DNA of 57,533 nt. It comes from a virus. Lineage: Duplodnaviria > Caudoviricetes. Position numbers and translations under genes: made by a program. Below, in pieces: positions 1 through 8,327 of the stretch; positions within the stretch are counted from its first letter, which is position 1, and each line of letters begins with the position of its first letter. The notes beneath the pieces were generated by a model. It was not told the DNA's origin and ran no database searches. It saw nothing but the letters and a program-made list of their open reading frames with translations. Where the stretch lies: IMG/VR virus record IMGVR_UViG_3300044724_006087, positions 1 through 57,533 of that record; one strand, given 5' to 3'.

Positions 1-389
1 TGTTTTCCAAATTCGTGACACAACACACCAATGACATCATCAGCTTCAGCAGTGTCTACTTGAATAACCTTGTAAGGGAAAAATTCTTTTAATTCATCTC
101 TGACGTTATTAAGACAGTTGAAGATATGAGGCCAATCGTATTCAGAATCATCTCTATTCTTTTTACGATGCGCCTTGTAGTATGGAAAAAGTTTCTTTCT
201 CCAATTATTGGTATCATCACAGCATATAACTAACTCGCCATACTTTTCATTGAACTTAACTCTATTAGCTCTAAGAGAATTAAGAACCATATGACGAAGT
301 AAGTCTTCGCTGACTTCTACATCACCACGTCCGTGGATCTGTGCCATCAAGTTGCTGATCATTACCTGATTAAGGTCGACCAATATCAT
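1..389 (-). CDS. rnh: T4-like RNase H / 5'-3' exonuclease, N-terminal part (runs off the window)
   Basis: Not in the ORF track. Manual translation from ATG at 389: MILVDLNQVMISNL...LLRHMVLNSLR...ELVICCD..NWRKKLFPYYKAHRKK...AEADDVIG. These are the typical T4 RNase H / FEN-like motifs (NWR, YYK, EADD). Confidence 0.9.
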   Translation of the reverse strand, partial: MILVDLNQVMISNLMAQIHGRGDVEVSEDLLRHMVLNSLRANRVKFNEKYGELVICCDDTNNWRKKLFPYYKAHRKKNRDDSEYDWPHIFNCLNNVRDELKEFFPYKVIQVDTAEADDVIGVLCHEFGK

Positions 390-434
390 ATTCTATCTCC
401 AAATCAAAACATCATTATACTTTAATTTTGATTA

Positions 435-791
435 TTAGTCAACAGTGCGGTTTAAATAATCCTTCCAATGATTGATAAAAATTGCACTGTCTTCTACATT
501 AATTAATTGATTAGTTACTCTTTGTAATGGGTGGTCAAGATCACTTGCTTTCATCAAACACGACTTAATAGATTCGCATACCATTAACATTTCTCTATCA
601 AGTTCGTTTTTATTGTTATTAAGATCAATACCTCTTGCTTGAACATCATCAAACAATTGATACGTTAATTCGATAGCTGTATTGAGACAAAGTTCAAACT
701 GATACTTCTGTATATTAGCTTGGCGTTCTTTTTCGCTCTTTACAAACTCTTTGTTTTCCCTATTGAGAGGGAACTGGATTACATCGCCCAT
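435..791 (-). CDS. hypothetical protein (118 aa)
   Basis: ORF tightly packed in the minus-strand run; the N-terminal 'DVIQFP' motif is common in small phage proteins. Confidence 0.7.
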   Translation of the reverse strand: MGDVIQFPLNRENKEFVKSEKERQANIQKYQFELCLNTAIELTYQLFDDVQARGIDLNNNKNELDREMLMVCESIKSCLMKASDLDHPLQRVTNQLINVEDSAIFINHWKDYLNRTVD

Positions 792-795
792 GATA

Positions 796-1416
796 TTATT
801 TAGCTTTCTTTTCTCGGGCTTTACGCATACGTTCTACGAAAGCTGCTTTTTGAGCTTCAGTCATAGGCTTACGTTTTTTCTTAGTAGTTTTCTTTTTAGT
901 TTTAGAAGTAGACTCAACCATAATATGTCCCTTTTCATTATATTTCAAGGGCTTCATGCCAAATGCTTCACGTTCTTCGTTTTCTAACTCAGGTGTCCAC
1001 ACTTGCATCCAGTCTTCATAGTATACGCCAAACTCTCTTTTAGGTTTTCCGTTTTCATGATATCCCATAGCAATGCAATACTTACTAACTGTCTTTTGCA
1101 TATCGCCACCAGCAAACATACTTGTGTATGCACCTGTCTTTAAATAGCTTTCTAATTGTCCAACATAAGCATTCCACATTTCTCTTCTAGCAAGTGCACC
1201 ATTGACTCCTGCTACGTGTGATCTATGTTCTGCTTGCTTATGTGCTTTAGCTTCTTTGATCCAAGCTCTAACATTCACCATACTAAAGTCATGGTCATCT
1301 GGTAACGCTACAACCTCTTTACTATACTGAGCATACTTAGGAGGATTCTTTTTATATCTTTCCTCTCTAGCTTTTGCTAGTCTATCTGCGGCCGCTTGTT
1401 TCTGGTCTTCATTCAT
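796..1416 (-). CDS. hypothetical protein with basic N- and C-termini (206 aa)
   Basis: Operon-packed ORF. The ends carry related motifs (DRLAKAREE / ERMRKAREK) and there is a Lys-rich tail. Confidence 0.75.
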   Translation of the reverse strand: MNEDQKQAAADRLAKAREERYKKNPPKYAQYSKEVVALPDDHDFSMVNVRAWIKEAKAHKQAEHRSHVAGVNGALARREMWNAYVGQLESYLKTGAYTSMFAGGDMQKTVSKYCIAMGYHENGKPKREFGVYYEDWMQVWTPELENEEREAFGMKPLKYNEKGHIMVESTSKTKKKTTKKKRKPMTEAQKAAFVERMRKAREKKAK

Positions 1417-2200
1417 AATCTAAGCTCTCCAAAATCTCCATTTGATTATACGTCGCATCTTTATAACCAATTTTACCTAGCTTTTTATGATGCTGAATAG
1501 TTTGTTTACCAGGATAATAACATTGAGTAACAGGTGCTGTTTGTGTTCCTATTAGACCTCTCATCACCATATCATTTACTTTTTGATCCCATGTTACATC
1601 TATAACCTCAGAGATTTCATTTTTAAATCCAAGTGTTGGCCACAAAGCTCTTATCTTTGGATATCTTGGATTCATCTTTGATTTTGTGTATTGCCATATC
1701 TTTGTATGTATTTCAGCTAATGGTCCTGCATCTATTGTTTTTTTAAATTCCAACCAATCTCTCATCATAAATTTTGCCATGTCTTGATTAATATATATGC
1801 ACTCAGCAGCAATTCCAGGACACCAAACATCCCAATCTTTCCAATCTTCTAACATTGAATTTAGCTTTTCTGGGTGTCTTACAAATGCATCATGTTCTAA
1901 AATAATAACCTTTTCACCGCTTTCAGCAATATGCTTCCACCAATGGAACATAGAAGTCAAACATGCTTTTTCCGTTAATGTAATCTTATGTGCTTTGCCA
2001 GGCTTAGAATATTTTGATGCACTACTATACTTGCCCCATGGTACTTCAAAAGTAGCAGAGTCTAAGGTATCTGGTGTATAACATTGCCACCTTTCTACCT
2101 TTACGTTCTTTATTGGTTCCCAAGTTTTGAGAGCGACTTTACTATAAGCCATTGATATTGGATTATTGAAGTCGCAAATCATAACAGCTCTAAAATTCAT
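1409..2200 (-). CDS. glycosyltransferase family 25-like protein
   Basis: 'EKACLTSMFHWWKHI...IILEHDA' matches the GT25 pattern E.gC..SH...W..i......lILEDD. Confidence 0.65.
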   Translation of the reverse strand: MNFRAVMICDFNNPISMAYSKVALKTWEPIKNVKVERWQCYTPDTLDSATFEVPWGKYSSASKYSKPGKAHKITLTEKACLTSMFHWWKHIAESGEKVIILEHDAFVRHPEKLNSMLEDWKDWDVWCPGIAAECIYINQDMAKFMMRDWLEFKKTIDAGPLAEIHTKIWQYTKSKMNPRYPKIRALWPTLGFKNEISEVIDVTWDQKVNDMVMRGLIGTQTAPVTQCYYPGKQTIQHHKKLGKIGYKDATYNQMEILESLDYE

Positions 2201-2269
2201 TTTTGCATTTTCCTATAAATAATATTATAAATCAACTATCAATTTTTTTATATTTATTTCATTTTACTG

Positions 2270-2298
2270 TTGACTTATAATAAAACTGCATGTATCAT
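2270..2298 (+). promoter_or_regulatory. sigma70-like early promoter
   Basis: TTGACT-17 nt-TATCAT upstream of the ORF at 2332. Confidence 0.55.
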
Positions 2299-2331
2299 CC
2301 TTCTTTGTGAGAAGGGCAGGATAAAAGGCGT

Positions 2332-2808
2332 ATGGAATTTAAAACACTAGATGAAACATTAATTAACTCGGACGTATGCATTCGTTGTGGACATTGTTGT
2401 AAGTGGACCACTAAGACTCATGTTCGAAATAGCAAGGGCGTCGATTGGCTCAATGCTGTGGTTGAAGATAATGAGCTCGTGGGCATTATAAAACACAATT
2501 CAATCAAAATGGAAGATGGTACAAGGGTAGAACCGTTCGAATTAGAAATCAGATGTTCGAAGCTGGTTATTGATAATGAAGAGAAAACTGCCAAGTGTAG
2601 CATCTATAAAAATAGACCACAGGTATGTAGTGATTATAATTGTTTCGAGCATGCAAACAAATTGAAAAGAAGACCTCAAAATTTTGTGCGAATACAAAAA
2701 TTAATAAAAGAGGTTCATGGTATTGATGTAGAGTGGGAAAATGAAATGAAGCCTGTGTCATACAAAGATAAAATAGAACGTCTTATAAAAACTAAAGAAA
2801 TATTTTAA
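2332..2808 (+). CDS. YkgJ/CxxCxxCC-family Zn or Fe-S binding protein
   Basis: CIRCGHCC at the N-terminus and C...CSIYKNRPQVCSDYNC at the C-terminus. Confidence 0.8.
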   Translation: MEFKTLDETLINSDVCIRCGHCCKWTTKTHVRNSKGVDWLNAVVEDNELVGIIKHNSIKMEDGTRVEPFELEIRCSKLVIDNEEKTAKCSIYKNRPQVCSDYNCFEHANKLKRRPQNFVRIQKLIKEVHGIDVEWENEMKPVSYKDKIERLIKTKEIF

Positions 2809-2815
2809 AAAAGTG

Positions 2816-2844
2816 TTGACTTCAAATAGACCATTTAGTATAAT
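2816..2844 (+). promoter_or_regulatory. strong sigma70-like early promoter
   Basis: TTGACT-17 nt-TATAAT, followed by an AAGGAG RBS before the ATG at 2876. Confidence 0.8.
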
Positions 2845-2875
2845 GTATGCATAATTTGAAATAAGGAGATAAATT

Positions 2876-3850
2876 ATGGCACATATGGTAGAAACAATGG
2901 CTTACGCAGGGGAACTTCCTTGGCACGGTCTTGGTACTAAAGTAGACGAGAATATCGGAGTTGACGGTATGCTCAAAGAAGCTGGACTAGATTGGAGAGT
3001 CGCTAAGATTCCTTCTTTTGCTAATTTTAATGGCAAAGAAATCTATTCTGGTCATGATATGTTGGTAAGGGAGTCTGATGGACAACCTTTAGACATGGTT
3101 AAACAGAACTGGGTTCCAGTTCAAAACGCTGACGCTTTTGAATTCTTTAGAGAGTTCGTAGAAGCTGGCGACATGGAGATGCACACAGCTGGATCTCTTC
3201 AAGACGGTAAAAGAGTTTGGTGCTTGGCAAAAGTAAAAGACGACTTTACTATTAATGGTAAGGACTTAGTAGAGTCATATCTACTTTTGACTAACCCACA
3301 CATGTATGGTAGAGCAGTAGACATTAGGTTTACTCCTATTAGAGTTGTATGTAATAACACACTAACTCTTTCTCTTGCTCAGAAAGGTGATTATCAAATC
3401 TCTCTTAACCATAAGAAAGCGTTTGATGCACAAGAAGCTAAAGAGCTTTTAGGTATCGCTAAAGGTAAAATGGAAACATACAAAGATATGGCTTCATTCT
3501 TATCTTCTAAGAGATACTCAGAAGATCAACTTAGAACATACTTTGCTACAGTGTTCCCTAACCAGAACCCTAAGCTAAGAGGTGTAGGATTTGATCCTAA
3601 GTCTACAGAAGACTTTCAAAAGTACGCTTCTAAGAATGCTAAGACAGCTATGGAAGTCATTAAGACTCAGCCTGGTGCTAACTTTGCTGAAGGTTCATAC
3701 TGGCAAGCATTTAATGCAGTCACATTTATGACTGATCATGTTCTTGGTAGAGAGAACGACACAAGACTAGCTTCAAGCTGGTACGGTGTTAACAAGACTA
3801 AGAAAGTTAACGCATTAGAGACTGCTCTGGAATTTGCACAAGCTGCATAG
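2876..3850 (+). CDS. DUF932/DUF945-family phage/plasmid protein
   Basis: MAHMVETMAY...PWHGLG, 'VQNADAFEFF', 'TAGSL..GKRVW.LAK', 'FTPIRVVCNNTL' and 'W.AFNAVT...DH' are characteristic motifs. Confidence 0.9.
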   Translation: MAHMVETMAYAGELPWHGLGTKVDENIGVDGMLKEAGLDWRVAKIPSFANFNGKEIYSGHDMLVRESDGQPLDMVKQNWVPVQNADAFEFFREFVEAGDMEMHTAGSLQDGKRVWCLAKVKDDFTINGKDLVESYLLLTNPHMYGRAVDIRFTPIRVVCNNTLTLSLAQKGDYQISLNHKKAFDAQEAKELLGIAKGKMETYKDMASFLSSKRYSEDQLRTYFATVFPNQNPKLRGVGFDPKSTEDFQKYASKNAKTAMEVIKTQPGANFAEGSYWQAFNAVTFMTDHVLGRENDTRLASSWYGVNKTKKVNALETALEFAQAA

Positions 3851-3877
3851 TCCAGTCTGGAGCCGAAAGGCTAGCTC

Positions 3878-3885
3878 TATAAATA
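3878..3885 (+). promoter_or_regulatory. T4-type late promoter
   Basis: Exact TATAAATA in the intergenic region. Confidence 0.65.
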
Positions 3886-3915
3886 GTGAGGCGCAAGCGC
3901 CTCACACCTTTTTAT
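3886..3915 (+). terminator. intrinsic terminator after the DUF932 gene
   Basis: GTGAGGCG-caag-CGCCTCAC 8-bp stem followed by a T-run. A second small hairpin AGCC-gaaa-GGCT lies at 3861-3872. Confidence 0.65.
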
Positions 3916-3918
3916 TAT

Positions 3919-4452
3919 ATGGAATATAAAGTAGAAAACATTATTAGTGAAGAAGATAGAGTTGAGTTAATCAAGCTCTATAACTCTATTCCAACAAACA
4001 AGGCATCACAAGATTATAACCTCTTTACTGTAGACAAAAGAAGACTCTTTGATGACGACTTAAAACATATAGCGCTTAAGAAGTTAGATGAATACGCAAA
4101 CATAGATGTATACAGTCACTACTTTGTAATGTATGAAGAAGGTTCATTTACACGTATGCATACAGACAATGATGATGATATACAGCTTACAATTGTAACA
4201 TTATTAGATAGTCAAGACCTCATTGGTGGTGAAACGATAGTTCATTTGCCTCATGACTATAAGGGAAGAGATAAAAACCAATATAGAAAAGGTAAGATAC
4301 CTCTCAAAGATCAAAGAGTAATGCCAAAAGTTGTTCGGGTTGATAAAGGACAATCAATGGTATATGATAAATCTTTATTACATGGTGTAGCTCAAGTTGA
4401 GCAAGGCAAAAGATTAGTATTGGTTAGTTGGTATGGAAAAGCAGTATCATAA
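3919..4452 (+). CDS. 2OG-Fe(II) oxygenase
   Basis: HTD motif, 'GGET', distal 'LLHGV' and 'RLVLVSW' of the DSBH fold. ATG 3919 is preferred over GTG 3886, which lies in the terminator hairpin. Confidence 0.85.
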   Translation: MEYKVENIISEEDRVELIKLYNSIPTNKASQDYNLFTVDKRRLFDDDLKHIALKKLDEYANIDVYSHYFVMYEEGSFTRMHTDNDDDIQLTIVTLLDSQDLIGGETIVHLPHDYKGRDKNQYRKGKIPLKDQRVMPKVVRVDKGQSMVYDKSLLHGVAQVEQGKRLVLVSWYGKAVS

Positions 4453-4942
4453 TAAAGTATCAGATAGATTTTTGCCTCTTATAGAAGAAGGACATGAGTG
4501 GGGATACAAATTGATGAGAAAACTTGTCAATCCAAATCCTACAGCATTAGAAGTAGTAGAGCAATACCAATATGCAAAAGAAAATGGCTGGCTATCTAAA
4601 AACGATGCAGCTAATTATAACAATAGATGGCTACAATTTAGAGGAAAGTTTTTAGGACAATTCGATAGAACTAGTGCTTTTATGAAAAAGTATTTTGGTA
4701 TAAAACATTCTCACGTCTATGCTAATTGGATTAGAGATGGTCACACTTTTGGTAGACATAAAGATACAATGGACGTAATTATTGTTCAAATGTGGAACGA
4801 AGTTGCTTATTGCGTTGAAAGTGAGAACCAACATACGAGTTTTACAATGTCACCAGGTGATGCTTTATATATAAGGCACGGGGTATACCATACCCCAATA
4901 GTAATCCAAGAAAGGGCAACAATGTCATTTAGTTGGAATTAG
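4433..4942 (+). CDS. cupin/JmjC-like protein
   Basis: 'FGRHKDTMDVIIVQ' and 'MSPGDALYIRHGVYHTP...RATMSF' follow the cupin_4/JmjC pattern. Confidence 0.8.
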   Translation: MEKQYHNKVSDRFLPLIEEGHEWGYKLMRKLVNPNPTALEVVEQYQYAKENGWLSKNDAANYNNRWLQFRGKFLGQFDRTSAFMKKYFGIKHSHVYANWIRDGHTFGRHKDTMDVIIVQMWNEVAYCVESENQHTSFTMSPGDALYIRHGVYHTPIVIQERATMSFSWN

Positions 4943-4945
4943 ATG

Positions 4946-4974
4946 TTGACTTTTATTAAGATATAGCATAAAAT
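4946..4974 (+). promoter_or_regulatory. sigma70-like promoter
   Basis: TTGACT-17 nt-TAAAAT immediately upstream of a GC-rich structured intergenic segment. Confidence 0.65.
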
Positions 4975-4980
4975 AGCTGT

Positions 4981-5090
4981 ATTATTCGCCACACAATCTG
5001 GTAGTGTGGCAGCGGAAAGACAAGCAAGAGCGGGGGTTTGTCGGATATACGCGCGAGGGTACTAACGAGGGGCGACGATATCACTTTTAA
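4981..5090 (+). ncRNA. candidate structured small RNA or 5' leader
   Basis: GC-rich island in an AT-rich genome. Stems: GCCACAC/GTGTGGC (4988-5010), GACAAGC/GTTTGTC (5019-5042) and GATAT/ATATC (5044-5082), then a T-run. It has its own upstream promoter. Confidence 0.45.
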
Positions 5091-5107
5091 TATGAGAAAC
5101 TTATAAT

Positions 5108-6022
5108 ATGCCTAACAATCCACATACGCCATTTAGATTAGACGATCCATTACAGGACTATAAAAATTACAGAGCACCTACTAATATTGATCCACTCGTA
5201 ATAAATTGGAAAGGTAAAATTGGGTACGGTGATATCATAAGTCCAATATCTTATGCAGCTAATATAGCTGATAAAAATAGAACGGATGTTGTACTGAGGT
5301 TTCATTGGGATGCACCAGGTCCAAAAAAATATAAACCAGAAGACAAAGAAACAATTCAAGATTGGGTAGAGTATACCTATAACTATATTAAGAAGCCTAG
5401 ATTCTATAATCTAACAATAGAACATGTATACAATAGCAAGCTAGACTACAACCATGATAATTATGATTATGATAGAGATGATATGCCATATCATAATATG
5501 AGATTTGGAACATATGGCTTTAACTACGAACATTATTCACATGACAATTTTAAAAACGTTGCTATGGTTACAAGTATTAAACATAAGCAATTACTTCATG
5601 AATATGATCCACACAAGGCTTGGAAAGATCCTCTTGGTCAAACGCCTAGTGGATTTGCATGGCCAAAAGTATGTGCATTAATTAAAAAGAGAGGTTGGAA
5701 CTTAAAATATGTTCATTATGAAGACAAGATGGACGATGTAGTTAAAAAACTTAACATGTCATGCGGTGTTATTGGATATCATGGTGCACATATGTGGGTA
5801 GCTAGAATGCTAGGTCTACCAATGATTGTTTTTAGTGAAAAGGAATTATCTGAAAGAGCATTTCCATGGGCAATAAGATTCAAATATTATAGCGACTTTC
5901 ATCCAGAAAATATAGATGAATATTTTGCTATGTCAATACAAAAAAGAGAGGAGGCAATACGTGAATACAAATACTATCTCACCCACCCAAATATTCATAG
6001 GCTACGACAGCAGAGAAGCTAA
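5108..6022 (+). CDS. putative glycosyltransferase (GT-B/GT9-like)
   Basis: 'GKIGYGDII' at the N-terminus and 'VIGYHGAHMWVARMLGLPMIVF', similar to the GT9 C-terminal motif. It starts a glycosyltransferase cluster. Confidence 0.5.
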   Translation: MPNNPHTPFRLDDPLQDYKNYRAPTNIDPLVINWKGKIGYGDIISPISYAANIADKNRTDVVLRFHWDAPGPKKYKPEDKETIQDWVEYTYNYIKKPRFYNLTIEHVYNSKLDYNHDNYDYDRDDMPYHNMRFGTYGFNYEHYSHDNFKNVAMVTSIKHKQLLHEYDPHKAWKDPLGQTPSGFAWPKVCALIKKRGWNLKYVHYEDKMDDVVKKLNMSCGVIGYHGAHMWVARMLGLPMIVFSEKELSERAFPWAIRFKYYSDFHPENIDEYFAMSIQKREEAIREYKYYLTHPNIHRLRQQRS

Positions 6023-6650
6023 AGCATACGATGTTTGCAAATTTAGTATTGAACAGGTTTCTGATATAAAGATCAATAAACTGTTCAGTGAAGATATAGA
6101 AACATATAATAGAGACTGGGGCGAGCCTCAATCTACTGATTTTACATTTACAAGATTCTGGGTTCCGCAGCTAAGCAATTATGAAGGATGGAGTTTTTTT
6201 GTTGATTGTGATTTTGTTTTCTTAGCGGATCCATTAGAGATACTAAAAGACATTGATGAAACTAAAGCAGCATATGTAGTACAACATCCAGGATACATTC
6301 CTAACAGTCAAATAAAAATGGATGGGATAGCACAGCATAGAGCATATAGAAAGAACTGGGCTAGCTTTATTTTATTTAACAACTCTCATCCAAAAAACAA
6401 AAGATTAACTACAGAGTTTCTTAACAACCACAGACCAGGATTAGACTTTCATCAACTTAGATGGTTAGATGATGAAGACATAGGTGCATTGCCATTAGAA
6501 TGGAACTGCTTAGATGATTATTATTACTTAGAGAATCCAAAAGCAATTCATTATACAGATGGCGGACCTTGGTTTGATAACTACCAAGAAACAATGTATA
6601 GTGATAAGTGGATTGAACTAAAAGAACAAATGCAAAATGAAGGGAAGTAA
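5961..6650 (+). CDS. glycosyltransferase (GT-A, GT8/CDI-like)
   Basis: IFIGYDSRE, STDFTFTRF, FVDCD (DxD), RKNWAS, LPLEWN and IHYTDGGPWF. GTG at 5961 follows a GAGGAGG RBS (the ORF track starts at 5916). Confidence 0.85.
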   Translation: MNTNTISPTQIFIGYDSREAKAYDVCKFSIEQVSDIKINKLFSEDIETYNRDWGEPQSTDFTFTRFWVPQLSNYEGWSFFVDCDFVFLADPLEILKDIDETKAAYVVQHPGYIPNSQIKMDGIAQHRAYRKNWASFILFNNSHPKNKRLTTEFLNNHRPGLDFHQLRWLDDEDIGALPLEWNCLDDYYYLENPKAIHYTDGGPWFDNYQETMYSDKWIELKEQMQNEGK

Positions 6651-7437
6651 GTTTAATAATCAAATTACTCTAGTAATGACATGGTATGGTCAAGAGGATC
6701 ATCTCATGAATCAAATGGAATTTTATAATAGGATGGCACAAAAATATCCTAGAAATATTCCAAGGTTAGTCGTAATTAATGACGGCCATGAAGAAGGAAG
6801 ACAGTTTTTTAGAAATTGTATTAAAATTCATAGAGACAGGTTTGAATTAATTGGTATTGATGTGATGGATGATGTGGGATTTAATTCTCATGCATGTAGA
6901 AATCTAGGTGTAAAATATGCCAAGACTGATTGGATATATTTAATGGACGTAGACTGTTATGAATCGCCAGGACTATATGAGCATCTTAGATTTCACAAAG
7001 AACTTAGAGATGATATGTATTATGTTCCTAAAGTAGATATGGAGTCACCAGAAAATATGTCTGGTTATGAATTGCTATGTCCGAAAGGAATTATAAAATA
7101 TAAGACTCATCCTAATACTTGGGTCATGACAAAAGAATGCTTTTGGTCAACTGGAGGATATGATATTGAGTGTCAAGGTGTAAGACATGGCGACGCTGAA
7201 TTCTTCACTGCTATTGGAAGACCTGGTGTAAAAGAATGGGATTATGATTTAGTTAGTGATGATGATGACAAAAGAATGATAGTAAAGACCCCAAGAAGAG
7301 ATTCATTCTACATTAGACAAGAAAGAGGCAAACAAAAACAGGCAGCAGAAATAATTAACTATATTAGAGTTAGGAATAATAATCCGTACCACAAGTATAG
7401 AAAAACCTTGTGGAACACACCCTTTGAATTAGTATGA
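6637..7437 (+). CDS. glycosyltransferase (GT2/GT7-like)
   Basis: 'VVINDG', 'FNSHACRNLG...AKTDWIYLMDVD' and 'FWSTGGYD...GVRHGDAEF'. Confidence 0.8.
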   Translation: MKGSKFNNQITLVMTWYGQEDHLMNQMEFYNRMAQKYPRNIPRLVVINDGHEEGRQFFRNCIKIHRDRFELIGIDVMDDVGFNSHACRNLGVKYAKTDWIYLMDVDCYESPGLYEHLRFHKELRDDMYYVPKVDMESPENMSGYELLCPKGIIKYKTHPNTWVMTKECFWSTGGYDIECQGVRHGDAEFFTAIGRPGVKEWDYDLVSDDDDKRMIVKTPRRDSFYIRQERGKQKQAAEIINYIRVRNNNPYHKYRKTLWNTPFELV

Positions 7438-7688
7438 CAAAACAAGTAGAACTTAAAGTCGTAAGCTCATCTGAGTTTGCTAAGATGATAAATGAAACCG
7501 TAGCAGAGAGTAATGGCACAATAAACCATTTAGAAGCAGTGCAAGAATTTTTAGAACAGAACGAAGAGATTGAACCGGAAACAATTGCATCATTGATACA
7601 AAGAAATCAAAAGCTAAAAGCTATTCTTTATCAAGATGCAGAGACATTAAACTTAGTAGAAAAAGAGAGCAGGCTGCCAGTTGATTAG
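7434..7688 (+). CDS. 33: late-promoter transcription co-activator gp33
   Basis: 84 aa; F...I...V.....I.hlEAv..f.e.neIEpE.ia.li...LK..l...A..LNl...sRLP pattern; gene order 33-59-32. Confidence 0.85.
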   Translation: MTKQVELKVVSSSEFAKMINETVAESNGTINHLEAVQEFLEQNEEIEPETIASLIQRNQKLKAILYQDAETLNLVEKESRLPVD

Positions 7689-8283
7689 AGGTACTATAAA
7701 AAGAGTGGAACCATATGAAGCATACATCAAATACTTAGCACTAAAGTCTCATTTTACTCAAAAGAAATATGACTTCGTAAAGTATAATGGTAAGGTCAAG
7801 GCTTGGCGTACTACATTCGAAACTAGAAAAGACAAATACTTTTTCTATAAGCTAAGCAAGATGAAAGATCCTGTAGAGTTTCTTATTGCTAACTTTATAG
7901 ATAATGATGATTTTTATGTAGGTGATATCAGAGATGATAAAGCTAATGAAGTGTATATGGAATACAAAAAGAGACAACAAGCTCTATCATATACATTTAA
8001 AAGCGACCTAGGTAAAATGAAAGAGGACTTCAATGAAAACATTGTTGTTCCTAAAAACGAACACCCCTATCTGTTAAGGTTATACATGCGAAGAGATATT
8101 TGCATAGAAACGTTGACTTTAATTAATAGATGTGTTAATATATTCAACTATTGGGATAAGGAATTGGAAGGAGACATTATGTGGCCAACCATTAAAATGA
8201 AAGCTGAAAAGTTCTCACCCTTCCTCAATGTTGACATAAATAAGTATAGAGAGATTATTCTTTCTACATTTAATAAAACGTAA
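7681..8283 (+). CDS. 59: helicase loader gp59
   Basis: 'YLALKSHF...YDFVKYNGK...FETRKDKYFFYKLS'; sits between 33 and 32. The true start may be GTG 7705. Confidence 0.9.
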   Translation: MIRGTIKRVEPYEAYIKYLALKSHFTQKKYDFVKYNGKVKAWRTTFETRKDKYFFYKLSKMKDPVEFLIANFIDNDDFYVGDIRDDKANEVYMEYKKRQQALSYTFKSDLGKMKEDFNENIVVPKNEHPYLLRLYMRRDICIETLTLINRCVNIFNYWDKELEGDIMWPTIKMKAEKFSPFLNVDINKYREIILSTFNKT

Positions 8284-8327
8284 TAAAACGACATACAACG
8301 CGATATACCGCATACAGGAGAAATACT

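Noticed and set aside
3886-3918. N-terminal extension MRRKRLTPFYY of the oxygenase ORF
   Set aside because: It overlaps the terminator hairpin and the late start site; ATG 3919 is the more plausible start.
4981-5090. tRNA or hammerhead ribozyme
   Set aside because: No acceptor stem, T-loop (TTCRA) or CCA, and no CUGAnGA core in the required arrangement.
8231-8261. sigma70 promoter for gene 32 (TTGACA at 8231)
   Set aside because: There is no convincing -10 at 16-18 nt spacing, and the overlapping CATAAATA is only a near-match late promoter. Left uncalled.
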